Below the pieces are notes generated by a model. That model made no database searches and was not told the origin of the DNA. It saw only the letters and a list, made by a program, of their open reading frames with translations. A DNA stretch of 64,000 nt from an uncultured Croceitalea sp. (GTDB lineage: Bacteria > Bacteroidota > Bacteroidia > Flavobacteriales > Flavobacteriaceae). This document shows positions 54,916 to 64,000 of this stretch, piece after piece. Numbering within the stretch: the first letter of the stretch is position 1; every line of letters starts with the position of its first letter. A program made the position numbers and the translations under genes. The stretch lies in contig CALGQU010000024.1 in the NCBI GenBank assembly GCA_937959125.1, positions 16,796-80,795 on the forward strand, given 5' to 3'.

Positions 54916-55989
54916 ATGTACGGTGCCGATTTGAACATTGTCCCAAAAAATTTTAATTGCACTATTGATGGGCAATCAGTAGGCTTGTATTCCATTAGCA
55001 ATAAGAACGGCTTACACGCCCATTTTACCAATTATGGGCAACACTTGGTTGCCCTTTATGTGCCTGACCGATATGGGGATTTTAAGGACATTGTGCTTGG
55101 CTTCCCTACTTTGGAAACCTATATGACGGATGAGGGGAAATATTTTGGAAGCATCATAGGGAGGTACGCCAATAGAATTGCAAAAGGGAAGTTTTTCCTT
55201 AATGGGAGTCCTTATAATTTGGCGGTTAATAATGGCACCAACCATTTACATGGCGGGGATATTGGTTTTGATAGTGTGGTATGGCAGGTGGAACAAATCA
55301 ATTGGGACTGTCTTGAATTCAGTCGTACGTCACCTAATGGAGAAGAAGGATATCCTGGGTGTTTAGAGGTAAGGGTAAGGTATATCCTAACCAATACCAA
55401 TACCCTTAGTATTAGCTACACTGCCAAAACCGACCAGACCACTTTGGTGAACTTGACCAACCATAGTTTTTTTAATTTAAACGGTGAAGGCCAGGATAAC
55501 ATAAAGGACCATCTCCTAAACATTAATGCACGATCATACACACCCATACAGACAGATATGGCCCCTACCGGGACTGTTGAACGTTTGGAAGGGACACCGA
55601 TGGACTTTTCAAAATTTAAAACAATAGGCAAAGATTTGGAAAGTGACCATCCTCAAATGGCCATATGCAGCGGATACGACCATAATTATATTCTGGATAA
55701 AGACGGGCCTAAAAACAACCCCCAGCTTGCGGCGACGGTCTTTGAACCTAAAAGTGGCCGCGTGATGGAAGTACATACCACGGAACCGGGAATGCAACTC
55801 TACACTTCCAATTTTTTAGATGGCACTTTAGTTGGAAAATCTGGAAAACCCTACCTAAAACACGATGCTTTTTGTTTGGAAACCCAGCATTTCCCGGATT
55901 CTCCCAACCAGCCAGAATTTCCCTCTACGATACTTCATCCAGGGGAAACCTATACTTCCGTAACGGAATATCGGTTTTGGGTACGTTGA
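54916..55989 (+). CDS. galM: aldose 1-epimerase (mutarotase)
   Basis: 357 aa. GRYANRI, NHLHGG and FCLETQHFPDSPN motifs of GalM. Confidence 0.85.
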   Translation: MYGADLNIVPKNFNCTIDGQSVGLYSISNKNGLHAHFTNYGQHLVALYVPDRYGDFKDIVLGFPTLETYMTDEGKYFGSIIGRYANRIAKGKFFLNGSPYNLAVNNGTNHLHGGDIGFDSVVWQVEQINWDCLEFSRTSPNGEEGYPGCLEVRVRYILTNTNTLSISYTAKTDQTTLVNLTNHSFFNLNGEGQDNIKDHLLNINARSYTPIQTDMAPTGTVERLEGTPMDFSKFKTIGKDLESDHPQMAICSGYDHNYILDKDGPKNNPQLAATVFEPKSGRVMEVHTTEPGMQLYTSNFLDGTLVGKSGKPYLKHDAFCLETQHFPDSPNQPEFPSTILHPGETYTSVTEYRFWVR

Positions 55990-56233
55990 TGGCACATCAA
56001 CCTACACTACCATTGAATTTACCTTGGAAGGAAGTTTTACAACAATCCTAAAAGTTTTGCATCATTTGGAGAATACAGCAGCGTTTGGTCAAATCTTACA
56101 TTTGGATTTCTATAAGGAAACCAATTATCGAACCCAAAGGACCACATTGAACGCGAAAGTTTTATTGCAATATGTGCAATAACGGTATTCAAACGCCAAA
56201 GAATACTATCAAGAGCCGCATGGGTTCCAAAAG

Positions 56234-57553
56234 CTAAATATATTGGTTGATGATATTTTCAAACAGTTCTTGTTTTCCACTTACTAATGTGAGTTCCCCA
56301 TTTTCCTTAGCAATGTTGTACAACTGTTCCAAATCCAGTTCACCCTTTTCAAAAGAATGTCCAGCACCGGAGTCAAAGGATGCATAGCGTTTTTTCCTTA
56401 AGGTATGATATGAGGATGAGCTTATTATTTTCTCCGCGGTTAGCAGTGCTCGCGCAAAAACATCGGCACCACCAATGTGGGCCAAAAAAATATCTTCAAC
56501 ATCCGTTGAATTTCTTCGAATCTTGGCATCAAAATTAATTCCTCCACCTTGCAGTCCCCCAGCATCTAAAAAGACCAACATAGCTTCTGTGACTTCATAA
56601 ATATTATTGGGAAATTGGTCCGTATCCCATCCATTTTGGTAATCGCCCCGATTGGCATCGATACTTCCCAACATCCCGGCATCAGCAGCTACCTGCAACT
56701 CATGTTGAAAGGTGTGCTGCGCCAGTGTAGCATGGTTGACTTCAATGTTTATTTTAAAATCGGTATCCAATCCATATTGCTTTAGAAAGGCAATGGAGGT
56801 TGCCGTATCAAAATCGTACTGGTGTTTCATAGGCTCCATAGGTTTGGGTTCTATAAAAAAAGTGCCTTTAAAACCTTGTGCCCGGGCATAGTCCCTTGCT
56901 TTGGTCAAGAATAGGGCCATATGGTCCTGTTCCCGCTTCATATTGGTGTTGAGCAAGCTCATATAACCTTCACGCCCGCCCCAGAACACATAATTTTCGC
57001 CTTGTAACGCGATGGTGGCATCCAACGCCAGTTTTACCTGCCCCGCCGCCCTTGCAAGTACATTGAACTCTGGATTGGTCGCTGCTCCGTTCATATACCG
57101 CGGATGGGAAAAACAATTGGACGTACCCCAAAGGAGTTTAACCCCGGTCTCTTCTTGTTTCTGCTTTAGATACGTTACAATGGTCGCCAACCGTTCTTCT
57201 GATTCCTTAAACGAAGCCCCTTCGCGAATCAAATCATAATCATGGAAACAATAGTAGCCAAAACCCAGTTTTGTAATGCATTCAAAAGCGGCATCGGCTT
57301 TCATTTTAGCGGCTTCCACAGCATCCTTGGGTTGGTCCCAAGCATAATTTTGGGTTCCCGGGCCAAAGGGATCGGCACCGGTACCGCAGAACGAATGCCA
57401 ATAGGCCACCGCAAACTTAAAATGTTCCGCCATGGTTTTCCCCGCAACCACTTGTTCCGAATTGTAGTATTTATAGGCGAGGGGGTTATCAGAGTCTTTT
57501 CCTTCAAACGGTATCTTACCAATGGATTTGAAATATTCACTAGTTGTTCTCAT
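56234..57553 (-). CDS. xylA: xylose isomerase
   Basis: 439 aa class II XylA ([39 protein letters not shown]). Confidence 0.95.
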   Translation of the reverse strand: MRTTSEYFKSIGKIPFEGKDSDNPLAYKYYNSEQVVAGKTMAEHFKFAVAYWHSFCGTGADPFGPGTQNYAWDQPKDAVEAAKMKADAAFECITKLGFGYYCFHDYDLIREGASFKESEERLATIVTYLKQKQEETGVKLLWGTSNCFSHPRYMNGAATNPEFNVLARAAGQVKLALDATIALQGENYVFWGGREGYMSLLNTNMKREQDHMALFLTKARDYARAQGFKGTFFIEPKPMEPMKHQYDFDTATSIAFLKQYGLDTDFKINIEVNHATLAQHTFQHELQVAADAGMLGSIDANRGDYQNGWDTDQFPNNIYEVTEAMLVFLDAGGLQGGGINFDAKIRRNSTDVEDIFLAHIGGADVFARALLTAEKIISSSSYHTLRKKRYASFDSGAGHSFEKGELDLEQLYNIAKENGELTLVSGKQELFENIINQYI

Positions 57554-59051
57554 CTGTTTTCTTTTGAGGTTCGTTAATTAAGGGGTTAAGTACGGATAGC
57601 CAATTCCCATAGGCTTGTGCATACTCTTGTTTTTGCTGATTTGGTTCAAAGGATTCCACATAATCATTCTGTGCCACCGCAGACCCAAAATCTAACATCC
57701 CATCTGCTTTGGCTGCGGCGCGTGCTGCCCCAATGGCACCGGTAGTATTATAAACTGCAATTTCTTGACCGATTAAGGTAGCGACCGTCTCTGCAAATAT
57801 TTTTGATCGGAAAAGGTTATCATTACCCGCACGGATAAGCTTGATTTCCGTATGGTCTTTTCTTAGTACTTCCATACCGTATACAAAGGCAAAAGCAATA
57901 CCCTCCAAAGCAGCGCGTAAGATATGCCCTTGCCTGTGTTTGTTGAGGTTGAGGTTGCAAATATGACTGCCAAGATTGCGGTTGTCAAACATGCGCTCCG
58001 CACCATTCCCGAACGGAAGAACCTGCAGATTCTCCGAACCTATAGGCACTTTGGAAGCATACGTATTCATTGCCTGATATGAGTTCTCTTGCAAGCTTAA
58101 GGTATCTTTCAACCATCTATATTGAATGCCCGCTCCATTAATACACAACAATTTGCCTATCCTAGGGGCAGTTTGGCTATGGTTAACATGGGCAAAATTG
58201 TTCAACTTGATCCCTTCGGTTGCTTCCAAGCTATCGGTTACCGCGTAAAGCACTCCTGATGTACCTCCCGTAGCGGCCACTTCTCCCGGTTGGAACACAT
58301 TAAGTGCTAATGCGTTATTGGGTTGATCCCCGGCCCTGTACAAAATTGGCGTTCCTTTTAAGAGTCCGCTTTCTTGGGCACCCATTTTAGAAACAGTACC
58401 CTGTACCCCAAAGGTTTCGACAATATCCGGCACAAGTTGCCTGTCAATTCCATAATGGTCCAAAACCATTTTAGATGGTCTTGAATTTTTAAAATCCCAT
58501 AAAACCCCTTCGGACAAACCCGATATTGTAGTGGTGCAATCCCCAGAAAATTTAAAGGCGATAAAATCCCCGGGAAGCATAAACTTATGGATTTTATCAT
58601 AGCATTCAGGTTCGTATTGCTTTACCCAAGCCAATTTAGAAGCCGTAAAATTGGCTGGGGAATTTAATAGATGTTCCAAACAAGCGGCTTCTCCAATTTG
58701 GGCAAAGGCATCCTCTCCAAGAACTACCGCCCGACTATCACACCAGATGATCGAATTTCGAACGACTTTCCCTGCTGGGTCAATGGCTACCAGACCATGC
58801 ATTTGATAGGCAATACCAATGCCTTTTACTTGTTCTGCCCTTAGGCCATTATCTTTCAAAAGTTTTTTCGTTGCCTTGCATACATACTGCCACCACAATT
58901 CTGGGTCCTGTTCCGCCCACCCTGCTTGGGTACTAAGAATCTGCATCTCGCTAGCCGGTTCTTGGACCGTGGAAAGTGCCTTTGCAGTATGGGCATCCAC
59001 CAATGAAGCTTTTACCGAAGAACTACCAATGTCAAAACCAATGTAGTACAT
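57540..59051 (-). CDS. xylB: xylulokinase (FGGY family)
   Basis: [19 protein letters not shown]-terminus and FGGY C-domain. The ORF-track start at 59126 is TTG, so I use the ATG at 59051. 14-nt overlap with xylA. Confidence 0.85.
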   Translation of the reverse strand: MYYIGFDIGSSSVKASLVDAHTAKALSTVQEPASEMQILSTQAGWAEQDPELWWQYVCKATKKLLKDNGLRAEQVKGIGIAYQMHGLVAIDPAGKVVRNSIIWCDSRAVVLGEDAFAQIGEAACLEHLLNSPANFTASKLAWVKQYEPECYDKIHKFMLPGDFIAFKFSGDCTTTISGLSEGVLWDFKNSRPSKMVLDHYGIDRQLVPDIVETFGVQGTVSKMGAQESGLLKGTPILYRAGDQPNNALALNVFQPGEVAATGGTSGVLYAVTDSLEATEGIKLNNFAHVNHSQTAPRIGKLLCINGAGIQYRWLKDTLSLQENSYQAMNTYASKVPIGSENLQVLPFGNGAERMFDNRNLGSHICNLNLNKHRQGHILRAALEGIAFAFVYGMEVLRKDHTEIKLIRAGNDNLFRSKIFAETVATLIGQEIAVYNTTGAIGAARAAAKADGMLDFGSAVAQNDYVESFEPNQQKQEYAQAYGNWLSVLNPLINEPQKKTDENN

Positions 59052-59148
59052 ATGAGGTTGATTATCCAAAGGGTTGTTTTTCTCATAAGATACGGGATTC
59101 TCTACTATAAGGAAGAATTCTCCCAATCCCTTTGCCTAAGCAGGGTTC

Positions 59149-60324
59149 TTAATCATAGGCTTCTACAATGATATCCGCGATTTCCCCAAATGGCCATGTT
59201 AGGTTACTCCTGTTGAACAATGCAAGTCCATCGTTAGAAATACCGCTAATCCCATTATCCCACCAAATGCTGGCAAAACCGCGCTCTGCAGCAGCCTGTG
59301 CGTAAAAGCCGGCATGGGCGATGCGGTCTTCCAAATTGTTCTGGTTGCCCGATGCCCATTCCCCTAAAACAACCGCCGTTCCGTTGTCCGTAAATCGAGT
59401 TTTAATGCGGTCCATTTCCGCCTCCAATTGTGCCCTATCCTCATCCGTACCCCATGTAGCATCCGTTCCCTCCAAGGTAAACGGAAATGGAAAATAGGAG
59501 TGTAAAGATACCATGGTGTTGGGGTCGTTGTTCGGGATTTCCAGGGCATTCATGGCAATAGGCAAGGTACTTGCCGCATACGTAGAGATCATTAACTGCC
59601 TTTGGCTGTTGTTACCTCCCGTTGCACGAATGGCATCCAAACTTGCTCTGTGGTATTGGTTGACCACGTTTCTTCCTTCTGCCGTACCTCCGGTCCACTC
59701 CTCTGGCGACCCTTCATGCCTAGGTTCGTTTAGGGTCTCAAAAATGAGGAAATCGCTATAATTCCTGAATCTATTGGCAACCTGTGTCCATAATTTGGAA
59801 AGCCTATCGCTTACTTCATCTACTTGGTCATTGGTAGGGATAATCCAAGGGTCATCATGGTGTACGTTGATGATAACATACATATTATTGGCCCTCCCAT
59901 AATTGACCACTTCTTCTACACGATCTAGCCAGGCCTCCTCAATGGTATAGTCAGGTGCAGCCCCTTGATGGAATCGCCAGGTAACCGGAATACGTAAAGT
60001 ATTGAAGCCCCTATCCGCAATGACATCTACCATCTCTTGCGTAGTTACCGGATTGCCCCAAAAGGTCTCATCCGGCCCTTCGGCATCCATACTATTTCCC
60101 AAATTCCAGCCTGCGTGCATTTGAGCAACAATTTCAGAAGGGGTAAGACCACGCATGGCTCCATCATCAAACGCGCTGGCCATGCCACTTTCTTCCTCCG
60201 GGGTTTCATCCATAGGTTCTTCCTGCCCACTATCATCTGTTGAAATTAGGGTACCATTTCCAGAATCTGAACCACAGGAAAACAATAGGACAAGAAAAAC
60301 AAAGAATACAAGGGGCTTTTTCAT
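59149..60324 (-). CDS. GH5 endoglucanase-type glycoside hydrolase, lipoprotein
   Basis: MKKPLVFFVFLVLLFSC signal from the ATG at 60324 (the ORF-track start at 60426 is GTG). GWNLGNSMD, acid/base in FETLNEP, nucleophile in VLGEWAS. Confidence 0.85.
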   Translation of the reverse strand: MKKPLVFFVFLVLLFSCGSDSGNGTLISTDDSGQEEPMDETPEEESGMASAFDDGAMRGLTPSEIVAQMHAGWNLGNSMDAEGPDETFWGNPVTTQEMVDVIADRGFNTLRIPVTWRFHQGAAPDYTIEEAWLDRVEEVVNYGRANNMYVIINVHHDDPWIIPTNDQVDEVSDRLSKLWTQVANRFRNYSDFLIFETLNEPRHEGSPEEWTGGTAEGRNVVNQYHRASLDAIRATGGNNSQRQLMISTYAASTLPIAMNALEIPNNDPNTMVSLHSYFPFPFTLEGTDATWGTDEDRAQLEAEMDRIKTRFTDNGTAVVLGEWASGNQNNLEDRIAHAGFYAQAAAERGFASIWWDNGISGISNDGLALFNRSNLTWPFGEIADIIVEAYD

Positions 60325-60445
60325 TACGCTGCAATTTTCCTTAAAATTAATCAAAGTGAGTGGTAAAGACCATCCCAATTGACACAAAAGCCAAAAGAAA
60401 GGTTGTATGTGGTCCCTATAAACCACTCAGATAATCCAATAACTG

Positions 60446-60472
60446 TTTCGCGGAAGAATTCTTCCTTCGAAA
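60446..60472. promoter_or_regulatory. 27-bp inverted repeat centred on palindrome ggaagaattcttcc
   Basis: Perfect 14-bp palindrome at 60452-60465, extended by tttcg/cgaaa arms with a 1x2 internal loop. Lies between the HK stop and the GH5 start, with no flanking T-run. Confidence 0.3.
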
Positions 60473-60533
60473 TGGGTAATTTCAAGTAATATTTTATAGA
60501 ATCATAGGCCAATCGTTAGAACAAGGCCATGTT

Positions 60534-62630
60534 TTAGGCCAAGGGCAAAGCGATAAAAAAACTTGTTCCCTTCCCTTGTTCACTTTCTACCCATAATTTC
60601 CCATTGTTCTGCGACAAAAGACCAATACATAAGGATAGTCCAAGTCCGGTTCCTTTTTCGTTCTCGGTTCCATAACTGGTATAGCCCTCATTAATGTCCA
60701 TTACACGCGCTGCGGTGGCCTTATCCATTCCAACACCACTATCTTTTATCACAATAATACCCTGTTCCCCCTCTCTTTTACAAGATAACGAGATACTTCC
60801 TTTTGGCGGAGTAAACTTTATGGCATTTCCTAAAAGGTTTCTAAGAATAATATCCAAATGGCTTTTATCCGCCAAAACCATAAAATCTAGTTCAATGGCA
60901 TTATCCACCCGCAATTCCTTGGAATTGCTCAACACATTTAAAAACTGCAAGGTATTATCAGCAATAGGTTTCACCTGCACTTTTGAAACCACTATTTTGG
61001 CTCCTTGTATTTGGCTTTTTCCCCATTGTAAAAGGTTGCTTAAGGTCGCCATCATAGCTTGTACATCTTTACCCAAACTTGGAACGAGGTTTAGGAATTC
61101 TTCCCCGGGTATAGCTTTATCCAAATAAAGGAAAATCATACTTTGTAAAGATGCAATAGGGTTCTTTAGGTCATGGCCTATGATGGAGAAGAGCCTATCC
61201 TTAGTAGCATTGGAAGCGGTAAGCGCTACTTCTTTTTGTTTTAAGATCTTACTATTTGCTATGATTTCTTTATTTAAACGGGCCAACTTTAGGTGTTTTA
61301 AGCCCAAAGGCACCAACATGATTAAAAGAACGGTTATAGCCAATAGTGCCATATTGATCTTACTTTGTTTGTCCATTAGTTTTCTTTCAGAGACCATAGC
61401 GGCAGCAGTTTGTTTTTTTTCAAACTCCGATCTGGCCTGAAAAAGAATAACGCCATTGGTATTACGATCATTAAAAAGGGAGTCACTATAAACCTTAAAA
61501 ATCTCGTGATATTCTAAAGCTCCGGCTATGTTACGCTTACGTTTGTGAAGCTTGTACAAGAGCTCACTAATCTCTATGATATTATCTAAAATATTGAGCT
61601 TTCTGGCCAAACCATACGCCCTATTTGCATGAAAAAAAGCCTTTTCATCCATGTCCTTTTCAAAATAAATCTTGGCAATTTCAGCATCTACCTTAGGTGC
61701 CAGGAGAGAGGGATTATCCGGATTTTTTGCAGAGATATCCAGACATTTTTGGAACCAAGGCAAGGCATTGTCATACTCTTTTTTTTGGGAAAGGATAAAC
61801 CCTTTGATATGGTACGCCTCAAAAAGAAAACTTATATCCTTGACAGTATCCAACTTTGCAATCAAGGTTTCCGTAATATCATCAGCGTCTTTATTCTTTC
61901 CTTGAATACTGTATACCCTTGCTAAATTTAACAAAGAGGCAATATAATTGTAATCTGAAAAATCTACTTTATAATTTACAATGGCATTTTTAAAATACGT
62001 TTCCGCTTCTTTATATAACTGTTGCTTGGCATACAATACACCAATATTGGTATTAATGAGCGTCACAAGGTTTAGGCTATTGGATTCCTTAGCATGATCA
62101 AGACCTTTAAGATTAGCTTCCAAAGCAAGACCATAGTCTCCTTTAAAAGAATATTCCATTCCAAAATTGTTGAACAGTTCAGCCAAAACTTCTTTATCCC
62201 CTAGATTTTTGGAAGCCGATAATGCTTCTTGATAACACGCAATGGCGGCATCGCTGTTGCCTTTGTAGGAATGATAGACCCCAATATCTTGAATTGAAGA
62301 TACAATCCCTTTATCGTACCCAATTTTTTCACTTAGCCTCTTTGTATATTCTGCCAAAATACGTGTGCTGTCTATTCTAACCTCATAGTAATATCTAGAT
62401 AGGTCCAGAACGGTTAATATGTATGACGTGTCCTTTGGACTTGTCAAATTCATTTCTTTCCCATAAACTATCTGTCTTAGGCTGTCTATCTTTTTTTGTT
62501 GACCATAACAGCAATAGGAAGCAAAAAAAACAAGAAAGATGGATACAATTTGAGCAATTTTTTTAAAGGCTAAACCATTAAGGGCAGGAGTTGGACATAT
62601 GCCGTTCGTTGGTGTTGTTTTTGTTTTCAT
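60534..62630 (-). CDS. TPR-sensor transmembrane histidine kinase (no receiver domain)
   Basis: 698 aa. N-terminal anchor, TPR repeats of about 370 aa, TM (ALLAITVLLIMLVPLGL), H-box FSIIGHDLKNP, N-box LLGNAIKFT, G-boxes DSGVGM / GTGLGLSL. Confidence 0.8.
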   Translation of the reverse strand: MKTKTTPTNGICPTPALNGLAFKKIAQIVSIFLVFFASYCCYGQQKKIDSLRQIVYGKEMNLTSPKDTSYILTVLDLSRYYYEVRIDSTRILAEYTKRLSEKIGYDKGIVSSIQDIGVYHSYKGNSDAAIACYQEALSASKNLGDKEVLAELFNNFGMEYSFKGDYGLALEANLKGLDHAKESNSLNLVTLINTNIGVLYAKQQLYKEAETYFKNAIVNYKVDFSDYNYIASLLNLARVYSIQGKNKDADDITETLIAKLDTVKDISFLFEAYHIKGFILSQKKEYDNALPWFQKCLDISAKNPDNPSLLAPKVDAEIAKIYFEKDMDEKAFFHANRAYGLARKLNILDNIIEISELLYKLHKRKRNIAGALEYHEIFKVYSDSLFNDRNTNGVILFQARSEFEKKQTAAAMVSERKLMDKQSKINMALLAITVLLIMLVPLGLKHLKLARLNKEIIANSKILKQKEVALTASNATKDRLFSIIGHDLKNPIASLQSMIFLYLDKAIPGEEFLNLVPSLGKDVQAMMATLSNLLQWGKSQIQGAKIVVSKVQVKPIADNTLQFLNVLSNSKELRVDNAIELDFMVLADKSHLDIILRNLLGNAIKFTPPKGSISLSCKREGEQGIIVIKDSGVGMDKATAARVMDINEGYTSYGTENEKGTGLGLSLCIGLLSQNNGKLWVESEQGKGTSFFIALPLA

Positions 62631-63045
62631 TTGATTTTGGGGGCAAATCGCTTAAGTTGAAAATCATAACGATTTAAAGTGGCATACTATTGCCTCTGCT
62701 ACAGAAACAAAAACGTAACTGTAAACTTGGTTTCCTTTCTACATAACATCTATACTTAGACTTCTAGATAGTCGTAATGTAGCCTTCCTTTTTTTGCAAC
62801 ATACTTGATAACTATCAGTTAGAATTGAACTCATCGTGTGGATTATAAATCTTACTTCTAAAGAACGGTCGGCACACACAAAAAATAACATCTAATTTTT
62901 TAAAGTCACATAAAATGTTCCTTTTTCGCAACAAATAACAGATTTCAATATCATTGAATTTGGTTTTGGCAAGTAATAAGTTTGAAATGTTGGTAGAACT
63001 GCGAAAGGGCTTAAAAGTAGAACCTTCTTATACGGTTATTTTGCC

Positions 63046-63987
63046 CTAAAAGAACCGAGGATCCAAGGTTCGTTCCACAGGCTTGAACTCATATCGAAGA
63101 AAGACCTCAAACGAACCATCGTTGAACCTAGAACCACCAAGTTCGGTCACTTCGCGATCATAGGCAAGGCCAACCATTAACCTTTCCGTTAATTGAATCC
63201 CTGCAAGTGCACTGATGGCAGCACTCCACCTGTAAGCTAAACCGAAAGAGAACTTCTCCTTGTACAAAAAGTTTGCGGAAAGATCGACCTGCAAAGGCGC
63301 CCCTCGTACTGTTTTGAACAGTATTGCTGGTTTGAATTTCCAATCAGCATTTAGGTCATGGACGTAACCAGAAATAAAATACCAGTTTAGTCGCTCACTG
63401 GCCAGAAAAGAATTGCTCCCTCCATTTCCAGAGCGATCAAAATGTTCGGTCTCCAAAAAGTTGGGAGCCGAAATCCCAGCATAAAAATTTTGTTTGTGAT
63501 AATACATTCCAGCGCCAAAATTGGGAGAGAACTTCTTATCAATATTAGGAGGAAGAGCAGTATTGTTTTGTCCCTGAAAATTCTGTAACCGATTAAAGTC
63601 TACATTAAGGAAGTGTCCACCCGCCTTGAAGCCAAAAGATAGTTGTGCGTCATCAGAAACAAGTATTGTATAGGAAACAGCAGCATCAAAATAGGTGTCT
63701 TGATTGGTACCGTTCCCAATTTCATCATTGACAATGGATAATCCAAGCCCTAGGCGTTCTGAAACCGGGGAGCTGATATTCAGGGTTTGGGTTCGTGGAG
63801 CCCCATCCAGACCCACCCACTGAGAGCGATGTAGTGCAGCGATGCTCAACACACCTCGGGACCCAGCATATGCAGGATTTACCGACAACGTATTGTACAT
63901 ATATTGTGTGTACTGCGCATCCTGTTGTCCCCATATTGTATTCAAGGACAAGACTAGGGTTACTATGGAGAGGACACTTTTTTTCAT
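63046..63987 (-). CDS. type IX secretion system membrane protein, PorP/SprF family
   Basis: 313 aa. Signal, then the hallmark QQDAQYTQYMYNTLSVNPAYAG start and a beta-barrel terminating ...DPRFF. Confidence 0.85.
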   Translation of the reverse strand: MKKSVLSIVTLVLSLNTIWGQQDAQYTQYMYNTLSVNPAYAGSRGVLSIAALHRSQWVGLDGAPRTQTLNISSPVSERLGLGLSIVNDEIGNGTNQDTYFDAAVSYTILVSDDAQLSFGFKAGGHFLNVDFNRLQNFQGQNNTALPPNIDKKFSPNFGAGMYYHKQNFYAGISAPNFLETEHFDRSGNGGSNSFLASERLNWYFISGYVHDLNADWKFKPAILFKTVRGAPLQVDLSANFLYKEKFSFGLAYRWSAAISALAGIQLTERLMVGLAYDREVTELGGSRFNDGSFEVFLRYEFKPVERTLDPRFF

Positions 63988-64000
63988 ACTTATATATGGT

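Noticed and set aside
56162-56182. AT-rich perfect hairpin ttattgca-atatg-tgcaataa as the xylA/galM terminator
   Set aside because: There is no U-tract on either strand and the stem is weak, made almost entirely of A-T pairs. It could be a protein-binding palindrome, but I cannot support either role.
55990-56233. 244-bp gap between galM and xylA as a possible gene remnant or small gene
   Set aside because: There is no ORF of meaningful length and I recognise no similarity to flanking genes. It is most simply a convergent terminator region.
1-64000. Mobile genetic element, genomic-island boundaries, prophage or defence system
   Set aside because: I found no integrase, transposase, recombinase, tRNA attachment site, terminal inverted or direct repeats bracketing a block, restriction/modification genes, or nuclease/ATPase defence-like ORFs. 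The gene content is uniformly carbohydrate-metabolic.

Overview
The window reads as chromosomal DNA from a marine Flavobacteriia-type Bacteroidota genome. Supporting signs are a SusC/SusD pair, a PorP/SprF T9SS protein, many Cys-lipoprotein signal peptides, tightly packed operons and moderately AT-rich sequence. I call 42 protein-coding genes covering roughly 90% of the window. I see no tRNA/rRNA, CRISPR array, integrase, transposase or phage genes. Almost the whole window is a red-algal galactan (agar/porphyran) utilisation island built from modules. (a) 533-3329: Zn-ADH, esterase-D-like hydrolase and an AraC regulator. (b) 3494-10787: a four-gene exported operon of unknown function (PSCyt/DUF1549/LamG/DUF1553, DUF1501, NHL propeller, membrane heme-c/LRR protein). 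(c) 10873-18959: two tandem GH50-like hydrolases, a PhoD-like metallophosphoesterase and GH29. (d) 18985-22110: an FG-GAP/ASPIC/Big_2 protein. (e) 22247-29892: an operon of secreted GH117, anion MFS, dgoK, dgoA and an exported lactonase, with a divergent DgoD/ManD-type dehydratase and GH16. (f) 29987-34714: a kdgK-eda-TRAP operon. (g) 35478-44837: a TPR/TM/LuxR regulator and a SusC/SusD/PKD-CBM lipoprotein trio. (h) 45479-55989: an eight-gene operon with a cytoplasmic GH117, the full 3,6-anhydro-L-galactose to KDG route, a sugar-porter MFS, a third GH50-like enzyme and galM. (i) xylB-xylA downstream of GH5, an orphan TPR histidine kinase and PorP/SprF. The best candidates for undescribed biology are these: module (b); the PhoD-like enzyme start/stop-coupled to a GH50-like gene in an island with no recognisable S1 sulfatase; the GH117-headed sugar-acid operon with an exported lactonase; and two long ORF-free intergenic regions, one holding an orphan terminator and candidate sRNA (34715-35477), the other a structured 95-100-bp repeat (37294-37623). 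All family assignments come from motif recognition by eye, not from database searches.
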